64,000 bases of DNA from NCBI GenBank assembly GCA_000708835.1, contig DF237090.1:1-64000 (forward strand), read 5' to 3'. The notes beneath the pieces are model-generated. The model was not told the origin of the DNA and ran no database searches. It worked only from the letters and a program-made list of their open reading frames with translations. Of this stretch, positions 48,129 to 60,065 are shown in pieces. Within the stretch, counting starts at the first letter, position 1. Each line of letters opens with the position of its first letter. Made by a program: the position numbers and the translations under genes. Origin of the DNA: Klebsormidium nitens. Taxonomy: Eukaryota > Plantae > Klebsormidiophyceae.

Positions 48129-51100
48129 TCAATCATCCCCGGAACCCCCAGTTGCGACTCCTTGCTGCCTCATGCTCTCGTAATCTGCGCGCAAAACCAG
48201 ATTGGATGAGCCTCGCCGCAGTTGTACAGTGCAAGCTGATACAGGTGAGGCAATTGGTTGCGTTTGATTAAGCTAGCTTCCTGGGCGCCAGCATGCTTCA
48301 CAACAAGGCCCGAAGCACCTTCCCCAATGTAACAACTGCAGCGGACAATTATGTCGCAGAAGACAAAGGGTTGAGAAGCGAATCGAACACAAGCACCAAT
48401 CCTGCGTGTCGTTCAAGCAGTACAAGCTCGGCCGCTCGCGCAACTTACCTGGGTCGTCAGTGGGCAGCTGCAAGCGGCAGAGGGGGCACGAGTTGCGGAC
48501 GTCCAGCCAGGGGTGAAGACAGTCCGCGTGGAACAGGTGGCGGCACGGCATGCGCAGCACCTCGATGCGGGCCTCCAGAACGCTCCTGGAACCAGGTGGA
48601 AGCAGCAAGTAAGATGCTGATAGGTGGAGTCAAAGTCGGACCCTGAAACACGCATGGTCGGGTCGCTCCTGAAGCGGGGGGGCTGAGTTACGGAAGCAGG
48701 ACACCGTTAGAAGCCGCTACCTGACCAGACTCGGTTCTTCTGGATTCTGATTGCCCAAAAACGAGAACACTCTCTCTTACGCAAAAGCTTTTCAAGCGGT
48801 GTATCCTAGTCGTCTCAGGCAGAACGGGCCACGCTCAGCAGGAAGAGACAGCAAACAAAAGCGGCAGAATCGAGTGAAGGGTTGCTGACAGTATTCAGAC
48901 AGTGACTCAGAAGGCGCCGGGGCCCGCTTACCTGCAGACCGAGCAACTTTCTTCGCCGGGCTCCTCTGGCATTGTCACTTTCTCTAGGGCTTGTACGGCG
49001 GCCCTAGACGCCGGCGGGGGCCACTGCGGGTGTGCGCCGGCCCCCAGCATGGCCATGACTTGGTCCAGGTTCTCGTCTACTGCAAGGGGAGGATGCTGCT
49101 CAAATGAAATAGGGAAGGAAAGACGAGAATAAACGGACGCGGTGGACGGAGAATGACGACGTAGATGCTGAGACAGTTGAGTCAGACTTAAGCAATGGTG
49201 GCAGGAAGCGACGGGCAAGACCGGTGGGGACGCTTGGCACAACCAGAAGGATCGGGAATGGTAGTTGCATCTTTCGAGCTTGAAGGGGGAAATCGAGCTG
49301 ATGGAACATCAAGTTGCTCTAATCTACATGATCGTCTTGGCGCAGGTCCAACTGATACAAGGGGCTGACGGTGGTGCTTTGCAGACGGACAGAAAAGGGA
49401 CTCAATTGCTCGGGACAGGCTGCCTGCTTCCGACGTTACAACACTGTAACAAGTCCAATACTTGTTTTGACAAAAGCCAACGTTGGTTTTTAATGTTGCC
49501 TTCAAAGCCCACAGTCGAACCCTAGGGCGTTTGCTCTATGTAGCAGTCGCCGCTCTTAATGCTCAACCTGTTTGTCAGCGCGTCGACTTCGGCAAAACGT
49601 GTTTGAACAGAGACTTACGGACGAAGTCTCCAGCGCGAAAAGCCAGGAGGCGGTTGCGGGCAAAGTCGATCCCGAAAGGTGGGATGCCGCCGCTGCAAAA
49701 ACCATGGCAAGAAAATCAGGAAGGCATGCAGGAGTAATAAGAATTTAGTCAATGAACCACTTTCCTCTCCAATTCGAAAGCTGGACCTGGGAGTCTATCT
49801 CACTTCAATGTGGCTAGGCCAATGCCCCAGGATTGCTTGACTTGAATAATGGGGATGGAATACGAGACTCTCTATCTCATCCAGAAAAGGGTCCCTTGAA
49901 GAGCATCTCTTTGTGTTCGTTCCACCCAAGATCACTATGGCCTTTTCTAATAGCAGCTTTGGTTGGCCGCCATCATAAAAGATCTGGAATTCAGGCACCT
50001 AGCTTGAAAAGCCACGGCCCGAAGTCACCTCGCTCCAAGATCCCGACTTTCTAAGCAAAGAGCGCGGTTGAGCTTACAATTGCACGGCCATCTGCACGCC
50101 CGCTCCAAAATTCGTTGGGCCCCCGTAAAAAGCCAAGCCCCCCGGCGGGAAAAGCCCGCCCCGGCGGGCCGCCCGCGCAGGGCGAGGGGTGCGCTCTCCA
50201 TCCTCTTCGTCGTCTTCATCGTGATCAGAGCCAGAAGACTGCAAGTTTAAAATACAATATTTTGAAGCGTCCCAACCTTTCAAGAGCAAGGCTGCCTCAA
50301 TTGTTTTCAGATTCAAGCAAAGGCACCAGGGCGCGCTTGACACCTGCCAGACGAAAATATAGGATGACTACAACGTTCGTTCTTCCTGGGGCCGCAAACT
50401 AGCAGGCTTCTTGAGTTCCAAAATGACAGTTGAGAGGGTCCAAAACGCTCTTGCTGTAGCCAGAAACTAGACAAGAGGACCCTCAGCGCTTTGACCAAAC
50501 CTCGGCAATGCTTTCGAAACCATCCCGTGCTTCCCAGGAAGCAAACCCAGCCAGGAAAGCAAAAGCGTTTACAAATCATCAGAGCCCATTTCTGCTCAAG
50601 CAGGATTCAGTCATTTCGAGGCTAACAGAGTCCACGAAGCTGCAGAAGAGCTATCACAGGCGGGCAGGAGAGGCCCCTCGTCCTCACCGCTGAGTCTGGG
50701 AGCAGGTCGGGCATGTCCGCGTACTCGTCCTCCTCGCCATCGCTGTTCAAAAGAGGTGGCAGGTCATCATCGTCGTCGTCTTCTTCCCCCTCATCTTCCT
50801 CGTCAGTTTCATCATCCTCGTCCTCAGCGCTCAACAGATCAGGAACATCATCATCGTCTCGCTCCACCCCACCAGAAGGGGATCCCCGGCCACCTCTTTG
50901 CGTCGCCAAACCAGCCCGTGGCGCTCTTGCTGTGCTAACTGCTGCTCGCATGGGCCCCAGAGGCAGGAAAAGCGTCCCCCCAGCACTTCGCTCGTCGTTC
51001 GAGGCCCGGTTGGCAGGAGACAGGCGTCGACTCCGTCGCCGGTGGCCCCCGTCCTCGTTCTCTGCTGGCTCCGCCACCCTAGCAACTCTGCGGCGGCGTT

Positions 51101-53121
51101 CGCGGCGCCGGGCCTCTCTCCCCCCGCCCGCAGTGGGGGCGGCTGCCGTACCCGGCTGGAAGCCCGTTGAGAGGAGGGTGCGCAGGGAGACGGCGGCGCT
51201 GCGAAGAGCGGACACTGCGCCTGACGGATGGAAGTCGGGGGAGAAGACTGGGCCGTGCGTGCTGTGGGTGCTGCTGTCCTCTTCGTCGTCAGATTCTATA
51301 AGGAAGAAGGGACGTATGACCTTGGGTTTGACCATCACAAATGAGTGTTGCGAGCAATGAAGCAACGGCCTGTGCCGGAGGTGATGGAAGAAATGGCGGT
51401 GTGCATGTTGGACGCTATGGTTTCGACGACCAGCAACTGTCAGAGGTTTGTTCAAATCTACAAGGGGGGCAACAATCAAACACCTCAAAGTAAAAGGGAT
51501 TCGTACAGGTGGCAGACGACTGCCTATACCACATAACAATGCTGGAAACATTGATCTGCCAAAGAGCCGCCCAGACTCATCAGAAGAGGGGGCAGCGCTG
51601 AAAGATGTAATGCAGCATAGAATTGCACCTCCAACTGATCTTCTGATACTGGACGAGCAATGGGGCATCCCCACTTGCACATAGAGCAGAATATACTTGG
51701 GACGCCAGATCAGATCAATGACGATCTTCAGAAGGGTGAAAGGGCTGATAAAGTGGTCAACAGCAATCCAAAAGGAGACTGTTCAAGATCGAATATAAGA
51801 ACATTCATTTGCACCGCCACTCGTCGGGACATTAACGGTGCAGTCTGTTTGAATGCAGAATCACTTCTTTCAGAGAAAGTCATGAGGAAAGTGGACATGA
51901 ACACTGAGGGTGATTTCAAATTTGAAAATCCAGTCAAGCAACTTAGGAGTTGACCACTAGAAATGCTGGGTTTAATGGCAAGCCACAACCTTCCATCAAG
52001 TCAATTTCAGAAAAGAATTCTTATTTCTCTTGTCTGTCTTCGGTGCCAGTCATAGCTTGATAGCAGGAAGATCTCACTTCTTTGTCTTTCCTCAATCTTA
52101 ATAAACCCTTAGAAGACAGTGTTTACACCTCCAGCCCACTCAGGAATCCCCAACATCCAACAGCATGCACTGTCTGACTTGACCCACCTGCATCGAGCAG
52201 GTCCGGAAGCTCATCCCAGTCCTGATCCTCGGTCGCAGGTCTCTCACTCGGGCTCCTGTGGAGATTAGAACGTCCAGAAGCAGCACTCGCTGTTAGGCCC
52301 TCTTGCTGGCCGCCATGGCCAGCCTCCGCAGAAGGGCTTGCGTCAGCAAACGAGTCACTGTCTGACATGTCAGAACCGAGCGCTGGAAGCGACTCCATTT
52401 CTGAATCAACATCCGAATCCATGTCTGACTCAGACTCCCCAACAAGGCCCGGTGGCTCATCATCTTCGTCCTCAGACTCGCTGAACGCCTCCGGGCCCAG
52501 CAATGCTGGTAAATTATCATCCTCAGAGCTACCTGCCGAAGGCAACCCGCTGTCATTCCCCGAGCTTGTCTCTAATTGACTCCCGGGGTAGCTAGTTTGT
52601 TCAACACCCGCAGTGGATGCGTGTTCCAAGGCCATGGGAGCGTTGGTTCCTGTGGATTGCTCGGGCTCAGCTGCAAGCAGAGTCTCTTCTGCAGAATGGT
52701 ATGATTGTGAATCATTCTCAATGTTTGGAGAGGGCTCGCCCTGGTAGGACTCAAAGCCGTGACTGGCTGCCCCTCTATCACAGGCAGCTGCCTGACCCAT
52801 TCCTGCAACAACTGGCCCCGGTTCTCCATGCCTCTGTTCATTCTGGGGGCACGTCCCTTTCGCACTACCTTCCATTTCTACTTTGACAGCTTGCTTCTGC
52901 TCCAAAAAGCTGGTACCAGAGTCTGAAGCACCTTCAGTTTGCCTCGAATTTTCCTGGTTGCTAGAACTACTTAGCCTTTCAGGAAGCCCCGACCCATGCC
53001 TGGATAACTGGACCTCTTCCCCACGCTTGCTAGTTGGGTCTCTCAGAAGGGCGACTGCCAGGCCCACATGCGTTTGAGAAGTTGGCCCTCGCATATGGTG
53101 TGCTGCTCCGCCAGCATCCAT
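48129..53121 (-). CDS. RING-H2 (C3H2C3) E3 ubiquitin ligase with long acidic disordered N-terminus
   Basis: Exons 53121-52188, 51295-50688, 50238-50078, 49692-49619, 49079-48932, 48585-48449, 48184-48129 (2118 nt, all phases compatible). [30 protein letters not shown]...[38 protein letters not shown] probable upstream exon ends at 53421. Confidence 0.88.
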
Positions 53122-53473
53122 GGATTTCAAGCGGGCAAGAAAGTGGCTACATGGACACCCGCAGGCGGCCCCTCATGTCAAATGCAAAGCAACAAAGCAA
53201 GACACCATTGATGTGGCCAGAGTGCTCTCATCATGGAAGATTTCAACACGGGGGAAAGGCAGGAGAGGGGAAATGCGAACCCTCACCTAGGTAGCATTAC
53301 GTAATACCGACGATTCAGTCAACAGCAAGCTATACCTCTAGCGGATTCTTCGGGTTGTGGACGTTATAGAGACAAACCGGCCTGTGGAGACGCAAGCTGA
53401 CGAGCTTTTTGAGTACCCACCTCGAGCAGGTTTTCCATCACAGTCCCGGCCGCAGAAAGAGAGAAACTAAGAT

Positions 53474-53481
53474 TAGGGTTT
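53474..53481. promoter_or_regulatory. Telo-box-like motif (TAGGGTTT) in the divergent RING/NBP35 promoter region
   Basis: Exact TAGGGTTT near the putative 5' exon of the RING gene. It also resembles the neighbouring MITE TIR (TAGGGTTTCGCACC versus TAGGGTATTCGCACC). Confidence 0.35.
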
Positions 53482-53537
53482 CGCACCACTGGCACCAGGA
53501 CTCGAAGCTTTTCACAGTCACTGTTGGCAGTGTCATA

Positions 53538-53940
53538 GGGTATTCGCACCTAAAGGATTTCAACTATTCTTGTGGGTCTTTTCTTGCCGCTTTTTTTGTG
53601 AAAACAGCCAGAACAGGCAAGAAAAGACCGGTTATTCGCACCGGGCTGTAGTGTGCTCAATTCTTTTCTGCCCGGCCCAACAGCTATGATCTGACGGCTA
53701 GGAATGGCTTTGATTCCCGCACAGGACCGCAATCGGACGGCGTCGATGGTATTCAAGCTCGACCGTACGCGGATGGATGGCATAAGCTATGTACCGCACA
53801 AGAACCGGCAAGAATAGCCGCCACAAGAAAAAGTTGCCTGTCAATTTTCTTGCGGCCGAAATGGACAGAATCGGCGAAAACTCGCAAGAAACCCGCGAGA
53901 AAAGAACAGATCGGCCGGGAAATGTTAGGTGCGAATACCC
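53538..53940. mobile_element. MITE, 403 bp, perfect 16-bp TIRs with TA target duplication
   Basis: TA|GGGTATTCGCACCTAA at 53538-53553 and TTAGGTGCGAATACCC|TA at 53925-53940. With flanks the inverted repeat is 19 bp perfect (53535-53553 / 53925-53943). Internal TIR-core copy TATTCGCACC near 53633, and several (G/A)CAAGAA / TTCTTG subterminal motifs. Confidence 0.8.
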
Positions 53941-54149
53941 TATCAGCGGTTCCACAATTCACTTCCAGCACCTTCCTGGTTTCGCTTCTTTGCTGACAAG
54001 CGCTGAGACAGTCTGAGAGCTTATTTGGTCCGACTTGCCAGCTGATTCAATTGGAAACAGCGCAGCGCAGGCCAATCAGAGGAGCAACGGAAGAGCTTGG
54101 CACTTGCTGCTGTGTCCTTGAAGCAGTCAGCCTTATTGCTTGTGAAAGC

Positions 54150-57100
54150 ATGGGGCAGCCAAATGGAGATTCGCAACCGAAAGGGGACGTTCCGGAAGAT
54201 GCCCCCGAGCGTGAGTCTGTCTTTCCTGGGTTTAAGTCCTGTTGACAGTTTGTTCTACAGCGCCTCTTTACAACTTGTGAGTTTGAAGGTGAATGACAAG
54301 CAAAATGGCTTCGGCTCACAGCATTGCCTTCACGGAAAAGGTGGTCGTGTGGTGACTGCAGCATGCTGGCAGTCCGACGGTGTTGAGTGCTTACCACCTC
54401 CTAATGATGCTTTTGTCAATTGCAGACTGTCCTGGGACTGAGTCCGAGCAGGCTGGCCAGGCTAGCGCCTGTGAGGGGTGCCCCAACCAGCAGATATGCG
54501 CGACAGCCCCAAAGGGCCCAGATCCTGGTAGGTTCCACCTTTTGTAGAGCTCTGACGAGGTTGGTGAGCCCTGATAAAGACGTCTTTCACACCGAACTTC
54601 TGAAATGTTGAATCATGATGATGGTGGTGGTGCAAGCTGTACGTGTTTGTGAGAGGTGGTGCAATTGGCAATTACGCATCAAGGCACCAAAGAAAAGCGT
54701 ACAGTTTTCAAGAGAATAACTTTTAATTCTTGTCTACGTCGGTGGTGTGAGGGTCGTTCACACAAACATGTTGATTGCTCCTAAAGGTTACATACCTGCT
54801 TGTGGTGATTACTATCCTGGGTGTCTCTAGTTATCGTAGCGTTCCTGCCCTCCCGTCTACGTAATACCAGTTGTTAGACTCTGTGTGGCAAGGACACTAT
54901 AGGCGTCTTGTAGCCCCCCTGGGTTTCATGTGGAGTCTTTGACCTTCTTGTTGCATGTTTTCTTCTTAGTTTGCTTTTGAGCTGTTTGTGTTCCCAAGAT
55001 CACAATCAGAAAGGGCTGCATCCCCAAGTTGTATCGGACTTGCTCTCCAAGTGCTCCAAGTGCTCCAAGTGCTGAAAGAAGGGTCACCCGTCTGTCCGTG
55101 GTTTGCAGATCTTGCAGCGATAGAGGAACGGATGCGGACTGTCAAGCACAAGGTTCTGGTACTGTCTGGAAAGGGTGGGGTGGGGAAGAGCACCTTTGCA
55201 GCGCAGCTGTCTTTCGCACTAGCAGAGGCCGACAAGCAGGTAAGCATTTCTTGGTTGTAAAACATGCAGGGCTTTCAGGACCCTGTATGCGTAGCCCAAT
55301 ATTGGTGTCGCTATCAAAACTAGCGTCTCAGCCCTGATTATCTGATCCCTGAGCAACAGGATGAAACTAAGAAGCTTGAGTAAGATCCTCGGGGCAGTCC
55401 TCGAGAATGACTGTACTCGCAAAAATCTGAAGGCGCCTCAGTATTGTCTTGGGATTGTGTTTTGGGTCTTGCACTCTTGCAAGAGGACTTTGACGAGAAC
55501 TTCTCCTAGCGTTTTCCAGCCTTGCTGAACTTTCTCCTTAGTTTGTTGTGGTTTTCTACCTGCACCTCCGTGGTGATTCTGCCCCGTCGGGCCAGTATGT
55601 CAGTTGCCGGGGACTAGGACAACAGTCATGTAGTGATTTCTTGACTTACATGCGTGGAAGTTCCCCCCTCCCGACAAGGCTCACCGATCTTTGGTTTCGC
55701 AGGTCGGCCTGTTGGACATTGACATTTGCGGCCCCAGCATACCCAAGATGCTGGGGCTGGAGGGCGAGGAGATTCACCAGAGCAACCTGGGGTGGTCACC
55801 AGTGTAAGGTTTCAATCCCCCTTGCTTCCAAAAACACTTTCTCCCTTTCAGCCTTTTGTCTGCTTCCAAACTTGGAAGAAGGCTTATGTCCTGAGATTGC
55901 AGTTGAGGTGAGCTTAGATATGAGAGAGTCCCTGCAGTGACCAAGAACATTCGTGATGCGTGGTACAATTGGCTGCAGGCTATCACGGGCAGCACCCGAG
56001 ATAGCGTTCAGACCCTTGCTTTGACACGGAAGCGTCGATTAGGACTTTTCTCGTTTTACTTTCTCAGATCACATCAACTTGGCACGCTCGATTGCAGGTA
56101 TGTTGAAGACAATCTGGGTGTCATGTCCATTGGCTTCATGCTGCCTGACCCGGACGAGGCGGTCGTTTGGAGGGGCCCCAGGTGAGCGGTTCGCCCACCC
56201 TTCTATGCATGAGTGTAGAAAAGTTGCGGTTGTCCGTTTCTTGTGCGTTGGCTGGGCTTTTCTATCAGGGCATTCCGCCTCTGTGAGTTGCTGTGTGCTG
56301 ATTGCGAAAGCCTTGTGCGAGATACAGGGAGAATTTGCTCATTGTCAAGGTTTTTGTTTGCAATCATCCGACTGTAAGCAACTTCTAGAATGTATCTGTT
56401 CCTCGCACTCGATAGGAAAAGAGAGTTTTAAGCGGATTCTTTTTCTCATCTCGAGGTCATAGTGACGGGTCACTCCTTTACAAGCCGGTAGGGTGGTTTT
56501 CTCCATCTGCTGGTATCGCTCGCTTCGAGTGTAACGAATCAGAAGGCGGCATTTGCTGACCGTTTCTTCTTGAGCTCTCAGGAAGAACGGCCTGATCAAG
56601 CAGTTTCTGAAGGACGTCTACTGGGGCGATCTGGACTACCTGGTCATCGACAGTGAGTCCGCTTTTACGTAGCTAGCGTCCCGTTTTCATGGGCTGAAAT
56701 CGATAGGTCTCTCCTGAGGTTCCCTTCTTTCGGACTGACCAGTTTTGGTTCCGGTCCAAAGTTCAGCCCTTGCGTCCAATTCGAAGATGTTCGCGAATCA
56801 AGTTGGGGAAGCTTTTAAATAGGACAGGGCATGCTCGTCTAAATCAGGTCAGCAACGGAGCATTTCGGCAGTTGTCGTGCCAGGGGTGGTCACGCTTTAC
56901 CGAGTAGGGGCGGTCTGAGTATGCGTTTAGTATTCGCCTCCCAGAACTTGCCAACCTCAGCCTTCTGTGTTCGGGGTTTCTTTCCTCTTCAATCAGCCGG
57001 TAAAGCTTTCACGGTCGCTCGTTCGGTATATGACCTGTAAACGTTTACGCTGTCCCTCTACTTGCCCCCAATGACGAACTTCGCCGCTGCTTCTAGTATC

Positions 57101-60065
57101 TGGTCATTGCTTTATCCTCCCTGTTGCATACAAAAGTCGTTGCTGCGACCATTGGCCTGTTACACACAAAAGCTGTTGCTGCGGTCATGTGTGATACATA
57201 ATTCCGTTCTGCTTTTTCGTGCATCTCCGAGTCGTTTTGCGCGTGCTTGCAGCGCCTCCGGGTACTTCGGACGAGCACATTTCGATGGCGCAGTTCCTCA
57301 AGGCGACGGGAGTGGACGGAGCGATTGTGGTCACGACGCCGCAAGAGGTGTCCATCATCGACGTTCGGAAAGAAATCAACTTTTGTAAAAAGGTGGGTCC
57401 GCGAAGATTCATTGAAGCAGAGCGGTAAAACAACTTGGAGTTTCACTGGTCTTGGTGCTTGCCGGGATGCGTTGAAGATTTGTGCGGTTGAACGCAGCCT
57501 GTACAGGCGCTTTACAAAGCTGCCTTCGATTTTAAAATGTTGGATGCATTGCCAGACGGGGCTTGCCTTCCCAAAGCTTGCGAAACCTCCCGGTGCTGCA
57601 AGAAGTTGTTGCGCTTCGTTTCCAAGAATCAACGGACGCACTTCGTAGGATCCCACAACGATTTTTAAGGGAGATTTCGGCTTCTGTTCTTGGCTGTGTC
57701 TAGGGAATCCTGTCGGTCGTTACATGTATTCGAGACATTGAACAGTCGAGGTGCCTTATTATGCAGGTCGGGATACGGGTCTTAGGCGTCGTTGAGAACA
57801 TGAGCGGCTTCCAACAAAAGCTGGGCGCATTCACCTTCAGAAAAACCGGGCCGGACGGTCTGGAAGAGGATGTGACAGAAAAGGTGAGACCTGGTATACA
57901 CAAAGAAGAAGTACTCTGTGGGCAAATTTGGTCGCTACGAAAGGGGTGGGATCAAATGTTCGGGGGTGGGATCAAATGTTCGGCCTGGATTCAGAAGCTT
58001 GTTCGGCTTGGACTGGAAGGCTGCAAACGAAAGCCGAAAGCACGCCAAGCTTAGCTGCAACACGTTTGTGCCGCTCCTCCTTGCCTTCTGAACGCCAATC
58101 TATCCATCTATTTCTGTCTTTCGTCATTCACCCCGAAGTGAGCAACGCTTTGTTCCTGAGAGGTTGCTTCAAGGCCTGCAAGCTCTTTTGTTGGACGACT
58201 TCTTTCGAAGAGCAGCGAACATAGAGCTGACCCTTTGCCAGCTATTTTTGGACTGCAATTAATCTGACGCTGTTGAAGTGGTTGGTTCTTGAATTCGATG
58301 ACAGTGGCGGAGTTTCAACGAACCGCCAAAATCACCCCTCGCGAAGTGAACTCTTATTTGATTGAAACAGGTCAATTCCTTCTCGAACGACTCGCTTAGG
58401 AAGCCAACTTCCCATTAATATCAGCAGTTCTCAGCGTGTTTTACCTCTGCTCTTTCTGCAGGTCTTAGCTGAGATCCGAGCGGTCGCTCCGCACCTAGAA
58501 GGTCTGACGGTGAGTCTTGTAGTTACCGCTACTCGATGTATCACGGTTGCTTTTCAACGCTCTCAAGAATTCGTTCAACTGACTGCCCCACTGCCACGTT
58601 TGTGCGGCGTTCGCTTCTAAGCTGGCAACGTGCGTTGCCTCTGAGACGCAAACTTTGAACATGCCGGCAAAGCGTCCCTTATTTGCCTCACCCGCTGCTT
58701 CAGGGCAAGAGGGACTGCCGTATGCGCTTCGTAGCTTCTTATGTAACGGTTTCAGCTCGCCACCTTTTCAACTCGGACCCGAGACCTAGTTCATGAACGT
58801 GTAGCGGCAGGCTCTGACCCGTTGGCTGAAGGATGCGCATCTCGATATTGATTTGAGAGCTACCTGGTAGCCGTCGGCTCCAAGTACTAAGTCCACGTCG
58901 CTTCGCTCGCAGGCTTGCACGGAGATTTTACATGCGAGTGGTGGGGGCGCTGAAAAGATGGCCAGAGATCTGGGCGTTCCGTTTCTCGGTCGGATACCTC
59001 TGGATGCCACCCTAAGCAGGTGCGGCCGTTTACCTTTATAATTGCGCCCGTTTCACGCATTTTCATTGTCGCTGCACCTTTTCGCATTAAACCGCAGCGA
59101 GTAGTCCTTAGAGTTATGTCATCTGAAGTCGTGCAGAGCGAGTCTAGTAACCATCGTCCTGTTCATCAAGGATCTTCGCGTGGTCCTACTGCCAATCCGT
59201 TTAATCCTTTAGAAAGTCCTATCATCTCGTCGTGGAGTACATCTTTCTCGCCGTCCTCTTAATTGGGGATCGAGGAACGTGCGACGGCTCTGTATCATGG
59301 ATAAGCTTGCTCTCCGTCTTGAAGGTCTTCTCTGCGTAACCACTCTTACAAGCTAGAGTTGGCATTCAAGGTCCATGAACGTACGCTTCCATTCATGCGC
59401 CCCCCCAGTCATGCGGCCCCCTAGGCCCGTGCTACACCACCAGACAGCATCAGCGAACCAGTGCGAGGCTTGCTTTTGGGGCCTCCGCGTAAAAAATCGA
59501 GATTATGTTGCATATGTCGGTGGTCCGCACTGCTGTCTTTTGCTGACTTGCGCTATTGTGTGCAGAGCGGCTGAGGAGGGCCGCTCGTGCTTCACGGACT
59601 ACAAGGATGCCCCGAGCTCCTTGGCTCTTAAAGCCGTGATAAAGAGTGAGTCCGTCTCGCCCGTGATTTGCTGCTGCGGTTCTTGGTCGTGTACCCAACC
59701 TAAAGCGCAGCGTGACTTCTTTCGGGATGCAACATCCCGAGCAAGGCCGTCCTCACCTCGAACACTTGATCCGACTTGCAAAACGAAGGTTTTTCTACGT
59801 GCCGGCTCCGCTAGACGCTTTGTTCGACTGATATTGGTTCCTGAATGCCGGCTGTTTAGCCAAACTTGTGGGCAAGGGGAGGCTTCGGAGCCCTGCTGGG
59901 CTCTTCACCATATAGCGGAGCCTAAAGAGACCACAGCAACTCGCAGTAGTCTACCTTTGTGCTGGGTACTGGAAAAGAGAGCAAGCTCCGTAGGCTCGTT
60001 TTTCGCTCATGCTCAGATCTCTTTTCTCCTTTGCAGAGGTTTTGCAGACCGTCGAACAAGCGTGA
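54150..60065 (+). CDS. NBP35: Cytosolic Fe-S cluster assembly scaffold NBP35 (Mrp/MinD P-loop NTPase)
   Basis: 12 exons: 54150-54210, 54426-54527, 55109-55239, 55703-55803, 56098-56181, 56582-56652, 57253-57392, 57767-57883, 58462-58509, 58913-59019, 59566-59645, 60037-60065 (1071 nt). N-terminal CX13CX2CX5[50 protein letters not shown] and VVENMSG. Confidence 0.97.
57943..57982. repeat. Perfect 20-bp tandem duplication in an NBP35 intron
   Basis: GGGGTGGGATCAAATGTTCG x2. Confidence 0.9.
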
